Origin: an uncultured virus (IMG/VR IMGVR_UViG_3300031612_000005)
Lineage: Duplodnaviria > Heunggongvirae > Uroviricota > Caudoviricetes
Strand: one strand, 5' to 3'
Length of the DNA stretch: 20,000 nucleotides
Virus record (IMG/VR): IMGVR_UViG_3300031612_000005
Part shown: piece after piece, positions 16,360 to 20,000 of the stretch
Position numbering within the stretch: position 1 is the first letter of the stretch
Layout: each line of letters starts with the position of its first letter
Program-made: the position numbers and the translations under genes
Notes under the pieces: generated by a model
Seen by the model: only the letters and a program-made list of their open reading frames with translations
What the model was told of the DNA's origin: nothing
The model's database searches: none

Positions 16360-17232
16360 TTAATTATCTTCACTGAACAGATCACTGGGTAGTTCAGCCT
16401 TCTTCTTCGCTCTATCACGCTTCCAACCCTCACGCATCTTAACACGCTTCGCTAACTCTACAGGATCAGGTGACACCACAGTGGGATCATCTTTACTCTC
16501 TACATTAGCCAACGTTGGTAGGAAGGTATCGTATGCGTTGGTGTTCTGTTCAAAGCCTACGAACTCTCTACCGTAACGCAATGCTGTCCTAGCGGTAGTG
16601 AAACCACCACAGAACGGGTCCATCACTATGTCGCCTCTATTGGAACTATACATGATGAACTTTTCAATGAAGTCTTCACTCAACTGATTCTTATTCTTTA
16701 TTTGTCCCGGCTTATGACTACGAGGCATCTTCTGCACAGTTAGTCTATCATGGTAACTATCTTTACTATCAGCATAGTATGCGTTTGTATTGAATGTACG
16801 TTGTTGTTTCTTTGCTGGTGGTTTAGTCCAGAACAATACATGGTAATGACTACTGACATACTTCTTCGTAGTACTCACACCGAAAGAGTATTCCGCTATG
16901 ATATGGTTCACTTCGGTAAGATCAGTAGAATGTAATGCGTTGAGTATATGGTGTAGGTTAGTGTAACCGCTAACGATATACATTGAACCACCAGGACGTA
17001 ATACTCTAGCGCACTGAGTAATCCAATCTAATGAGAACTGTCCGTATGTCTCTAGTGGTACTTCCACATAGCCAGGAACTACATTGGATTCGTCACGGTT
17101 ATAGTGAGCATCTAGTTTGTCGCCCTCTATGCCGTATGGTGGATCTGTGAAGATAAGATCGACTGAGTTAGAGTCAACGTTGTCTCTCATACCTTCTATA
17201 CAGTTTTGGTTATATACGTTATACACGAGCAT
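16360..17232 (-). CDS. N6-adenine/N4-cytosine DNA methyltransferase (beta-class order)
   Basis: VDLIFTDPPY (motif IV) precedes DIVMDPFCGGFTT (motif I); RVLRPGGS. Confidence 0.92.
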   Translation of the reverse strand: MLVYNVYNQNCIEGMRDNVDSNSVDLIFTDPPYGIEGDKLDAHYNRDESNVVPGYVEVPLETYGQFSLDWITQCARVLRPGGSMYIVSGYTNLHHILNALHSTDLTEVNHIIAEYSFGVSTTKKYVSSHYHVLFWTKPPAKKQQRTFNTNAYYADSKDSYHDRLTVQKMPRSHKPGQIKNKNQLSEDFIEKFIMYSSNRGDIVMDPFCGGFTTARTALRYGREFVGFEQNTNAYDTFLPTLANVESKDDPTVVSPDPVELAKRVKMREGWKRDRAKKKAELPSDLFSEDN

Positions 17233-17788
17233 CCTCTATGATCTTTCGTTGTGCTTGGGCTTTGACTGCTTTATAGTCTAGGTTCATTGTATTGTTGTTA
17301 ACCACATTGGTAGGCTTCATTAAGAACGTTAGTGCCTCAAACGGTATGTGACTTTCTATGCCGTCTGGTACAGCGACTAGGAATGGTTTGACATCATCCC
17401 AACTGATGATAGCGATAGCGTCTTGTTGACCAATCATATAGAAGTCAGCGGGATGATCTATGTTAGTACCTTTAGATGAGCCTAGACTATTCTTTAGTTT
17501 AACTTTGACCATCTTCTTCTCGCGTTTCAATGGGGTGAACATACCATTGGTTACATACTTGAACTCTAGATCAACGTTGAGTTTGTTATCACGATGATCA
17601 CGTCCTACTTCGTCTACCCATGATAGTCTACCATTAGAGTATACGTCAATACATTGTTCAATGATGTCGCTCTTATCGAAGCGATCTTTGGGTGAGTTCA
17701 ACTGTGTACCTAACGCGGCTACTAGGTTGGTGTAGTCAACTAGATTGATCGCATTACGCAGGTCGTCTGCATACGTTGATGTGTTCAT
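17219..17788 (-). CDS. Putative type II restriction endonuclease (PD-(D/E)xK)
   Basis: GRD...DLEFK motif; overlaps the MTase start by 14 nt. Confidence 0.5.
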   Translation of the reverse strand: MNTSTYADDLRNAINLVDYTNLVAALGTQLNSPKDRFDKSDIIEQCIDVYSNGRLSWVDEVGRDHRDNKLNVDLEFKYVTNGMFTPLKREKKMVKVKLKNSLGSSKGTNIDHPADFYMIGQQDAIAIISWDDVKPFLVAVPDGIESHIPFEALTFLMKPTNVVNNNTMNLDYKAVKAQAQRKIIEDARV

Positions 17789-17819
17789 GGTACTTCCTTT
17801 AAAATTAACTTATGTAACT

Positions 17820-17848
17820 ATTATATACTAAGGATCATTACCTGTCAA
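17820..17848 (-). promoter_or_regulatory. Early cassette promoter
   Basis: TTGACA GGTAATGATCCTTAGTA TATAAT. Confidence 0.8.
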
Positions 17849-17996
17849 GTGATTTGATACAATTAGTTACTATGATAGTCATACGTACAGTTACTGTTGA
17901 GTCTTACTGTACGGCTGTCTGCGGTGTGTATATACTATATATGTATAATGATGTAGTGTCAATAGTAAATTAATGGGATTAAATGCACTTAAATAG

Positions 17997-18025
17997 TTGA
18001 CAAGTGAGGCTCCTTGTTATATAAT
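17997..18025 (+). promoter_or_regulatory. Early cassette promoter
   Basis: TTGACA AGTGAGGCTCCTTGTTA TATAAT. Confidence 0.85.
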
Positions 18026-18062
18026 GGTTACAAGATAAAGAGTTAACCAAAAGGAACGCATT

Positions 18063-18161
18063 ATGTCTAGTGACTTGTTAGTTTATGTTTTAGTATCAGT
18101 ACTCCTTACATACTCATTGTGGATAGTACCATTGCGTATCGTACGTGCTATCAAGAGTTAA
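18063..18161 (+). CDS. 32-aa single-pass membrane peptide
   Basis: Manual translation MSSDLLVYVLVSVLLTYSLWIVPLRIVRAIKS; AAGGA SD; own promoter. Confidence 0.6.
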   Translation: MSSDLLVYVLVSVLLTYSLWIVPLRIVRAIKS

Positions 18162-18185
18162 TTACAATTAATTCACTATAAGGGG

Positions 18186-18214
18186 TTGACAAGTGAGGCT
18201 CCTTACGTTATAAT
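18186..18214 (+). promoter_or_regulatory. Early cassette promoter
   Basis: TTGACA AGTGAGGCTCCTTACGT TATAAT. Confidence 0.85.
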
Positions 18215-18254
18215 AGTTATAGAAGTTAAGTTAATCAAAGCAAGGAATTATATC

Positions 18255-18638
18255 ATGGCGTATGTATCTAAAGAAGACAAAGCGAGTTTGGCACCAGCGA
18301 TCAAAGCAGTGTTGAAGAAGTACAAGATGAAAGGTTCTATCTCTGTTCAGAACTATTCTACCTTAGTCGTTAAAGTATCAGGTGGTGCATTAGACTTCAG
18401 TCAGTACTTAGAGAATGCACAATGGGCACGTGAGTATCTTGAAGTGAACGAGTATCACATAGACAACCATTATGCTGATAACGTTACCATTAAAGACTTT
18501 CTAAACGAACTACATGCTGCTATGAAAGGCCCAGACTTCTTCGACGAGTCTGATGCAATGACTGACTATTTCCACCGTTCACACTACGTTAGTATGAACA
18601 TTGGTTCATTCAACAAGCCTTACTCATTCACTGGATAA
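18255..18638 (+). CDS. Conserved phage early protein (D.MTDYF motif; LPD29-like)
   Basis: Start reassigned to the ATG at 18255 (MAYVSKE) after the AAGGA SD; C-terminal ESDAMTDYFH..HY motif. Confidence 0.7.
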   Translation: MAYVSKEDKASLAPAIKAVLKKYKMKGSISVQNYSTLVVKVSGGALDFSQYLENAQWAREYLEVNEYHIDNHYADNVTIKDFLNELHAAMKGPDFFDESDAMTDYFHRSHYVSMNIGSFNKPYSFTG

Positions 18639-18661
18639 ACCTTAACACTACGGAGTATATT

Positions 18662-18877
18662 ATGTCTGAATTAATTTCTGATCTCATTGAGACTACCATC
18701 GACAACTACAACACAACAGTATCTGGAGACAATAAGTCTGGTGTATTCCTAGAAGATCTGTTCTTAGATTACTTTAATAATTTCCTTACAGTTGATAGAT
18801 TTGCAGAGTATTATGGACTAGACGCGAAGATAGCCAATGAAGTGATCTATCTTGGGAGAATGATTAACAATGCTTGA
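18662..18877 (+). CDS. Small phage hypothetical protein (DYFNNFLT..FAEYYG)
   Basis: GGAG SD, 71 aa, 8-nt overlap with the next gene. Confidence 0.7.
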   Translation: MSELISDLIETTIDNYNTTVSGDNKSGVFLEDLFLDYFNNFLTVDRFAEYYGLDAKIANEVIYLGRMINNA

Positions 18878-19712
18878 TACACCATTAAGAGTTGCAATAG
18901 TACTCACAGGAGAAACAAGATCTTGGGAGAATGATGCTAGTACTGCAACTCCGCCCATGTGCATTCCAGACGAATATACTAAATTTAATGATGAATGTAG
19001 TCGAGCAATGGATATTGATTACTATGGTATTACATGGGATCACTGTAAACTCTCAAAAAAATTAGATATGTTTAAGTCAGTCAAGAAACTTAATTTCGAA
19101 ACAGATTATAAAAATGAAACAATGACAGGTGTACTAAATAAAAATAGACAACGACTGATCATTGACACCATGAGCACAGATGATGTAGTGATGTATAATT
19201 ACTATGCCCAAGCGTACATGTGGTTTGAAGGAATAAAATTAGCAAAATCGTTAGGAGAGTACGATTGGATTATTAAGTTTAGGTGGGACATGGCTCCCAG
19301 ACTGGAGATGATTAGTAGTATATATTCGTTAAGCAATTGTGATAATGAGATGCCTACACTAGCAACATGTAATCCAGAAATTCACTACTCGTCACAGTTT
19401 CCGTTAGGAGACTTCAAGTGGAGCGATTATATATTTGCAGTTAATCGCAAATTGCAAGACTATATATACACCACACCAACTGAACAAATAATATCGAATA
19501 ATATAGAAACAAGTTTTTGCAATACGCCTAGCAATGACCTAAGCATTGGGTTCTTTAATTATGAGTTTCTGCCTACAGAGATTCTAAGAATAATACAGGC
19601 ATTTAGAAATTCAGATAGACAACTAGTAATGGACAAGAGTATATACGACACGTGGCATAGTATAACAGATGATATGAAAAATAAAAGAAGTGTAGGTAGA
19701 CCTCCCACTTAA
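18870..19712 (+). CDS. Putative glycosyltransferase-like protein, distant homolog of the 6323-9938 family
   Basis: VAIVLTGETRSW, GITWD, YDWIIKFRWD, SDYIFA motifs. Confidence 0.6.
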   Translation: MLDTPLRVAIVLTGETRSWENDASTATPPMCIPDEYTKFNDECSRAMDIDYYGITWDHCKLSKKLDMFKSVKKLNFETDYKNETMTGVLNKNRQRLIIDTMSTDDVVMYNYYAQAYMWFEGIKLAKSLGEYDWIIKFRWDMAPRLEMISSIYSLSNCDNEMPTLATCNPEIHYSSQFPLGDFKWSDYIFAVNRKLQDYIYTTPTEQIISNNIETSFCNTPSNDLSIGFFNYEFLPTEILRIIQAFRNSDRQLVMDKSIYDTWHSITDDMKNKRSVGRPPT

Positions 19713-19715
19713 TAC

Positions 19716-19744
19716 TTGACAAGTAAGGATCCTTACGGTATAAT
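19716..19744 (+). promoter_or_regulatory. Early cassette promoter
   Basis: TTGACA AGTAAGGATCCTTACGG TATAAT with a perfect 14-bp palindrome. Confidence 0.85.
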
Positions 19745-19776
19745 AGTTACATAAGTTAATTAAAGAGAGCAAGACA

Positions 19777-20000
19777 ATGATTGCATTAGCACAAGCATTT
19801 GAAGCAGCATTAGCGTCACCAGAAAATCGTTACGTTACAGTAGACGGCTATCATGATATGTCTGATGAACAACATCACGATGTTAACTGGAACTTCGTAG
19901 ACGCTGACTGTGTTATGGCATTACCAGCCATAACCGATTGGGGTGTATACTATGATGAGTTTGATGCACTTGCTACTGCATACGAGAATCAGTTTGCATA
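19777..20000 (+). CDS. Hypothetical acidic protein, reaches window end
   Basis: Manual translation MIALAQAFEAALASPEN...VNWNFVDAD...; GAGAG SD after the promoter. Confidence 0.7.
   Translation, partial: MIALAQAFEAALASPENRYVTVDGYHDMSDEQHHDVNWNFVDADCVMALPAITDWGVYYDEFDALATAYENQFA

Noticed and set aside
599..16935. Short antisense or alternate-frame ORFs in the track (e.g. 599-811, 3791-4033, 5148-5561, 6103-6369, 10515-10748, 10955-11185, 14274-14483, 16750-16935)
   Set aside because: They overlap well-supported genes and have no SD or recognisable motifs.
17884..17962. Hairpin CGTACAGT/ACTGTACG and a weak minus-strand TTGACA..TATAGT promoter
   Set aside because: No U-tract, no operator-like spacer and no ORF directly downstream; insufficient support.
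18186..18254. N-terminal extension of the 18186 ORF from a TTG start
   Set aside because: The TTG is the -35 hexamer of the promoter; the SD supports the ATG at 18255.

Overview
A 20-kb, AT-rich segment of a large T4-like (probably marine) phage genome. Evidence: three gp55-type late promoters (TATAAATAGTC), denV, an ATP-dependent DNA ligase and many consensus sigma70-like early promoters. From left to right: (1) A late-promoter 'tailoring enzyme' cluster: GNAT-like protein, flavin-dependent halogenase-like protein, DUF6356-like protein, a truncated adenylate-forming enzyme and a carbamoyltransferase. (2) denV, ligase and a Nfu/NifU Fe-S carrier. (3) A late operon with a class I glutamine amidotransferase-like gene (catalytic Cys replaced by Ser) and four tandem glycosyltransferase-like paralogs. 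(4) A PI-PLC/GDPD-like gene and six tandem HREDGPA-motif paralogs joined by a 25-bp dual-coding junction that carries the C-terminal peptide, SD, next start and stop. (5) A ~1-kb non-coding region with an abrupt C-to-G strand-skew switch and patchwork iteron-like repeats (candidate origin or joined genome ends). (6) A bank of one/two-gene early cassettes, each with a conserved TTGACA-17bp-TATAAT promoter whose spacer holds a 14-bp palindrome (GTAAGG-NN-CCTTAC). One cassette carries a putative restriction-modification pair. All product calls come from motif recognition only; no searches were run.
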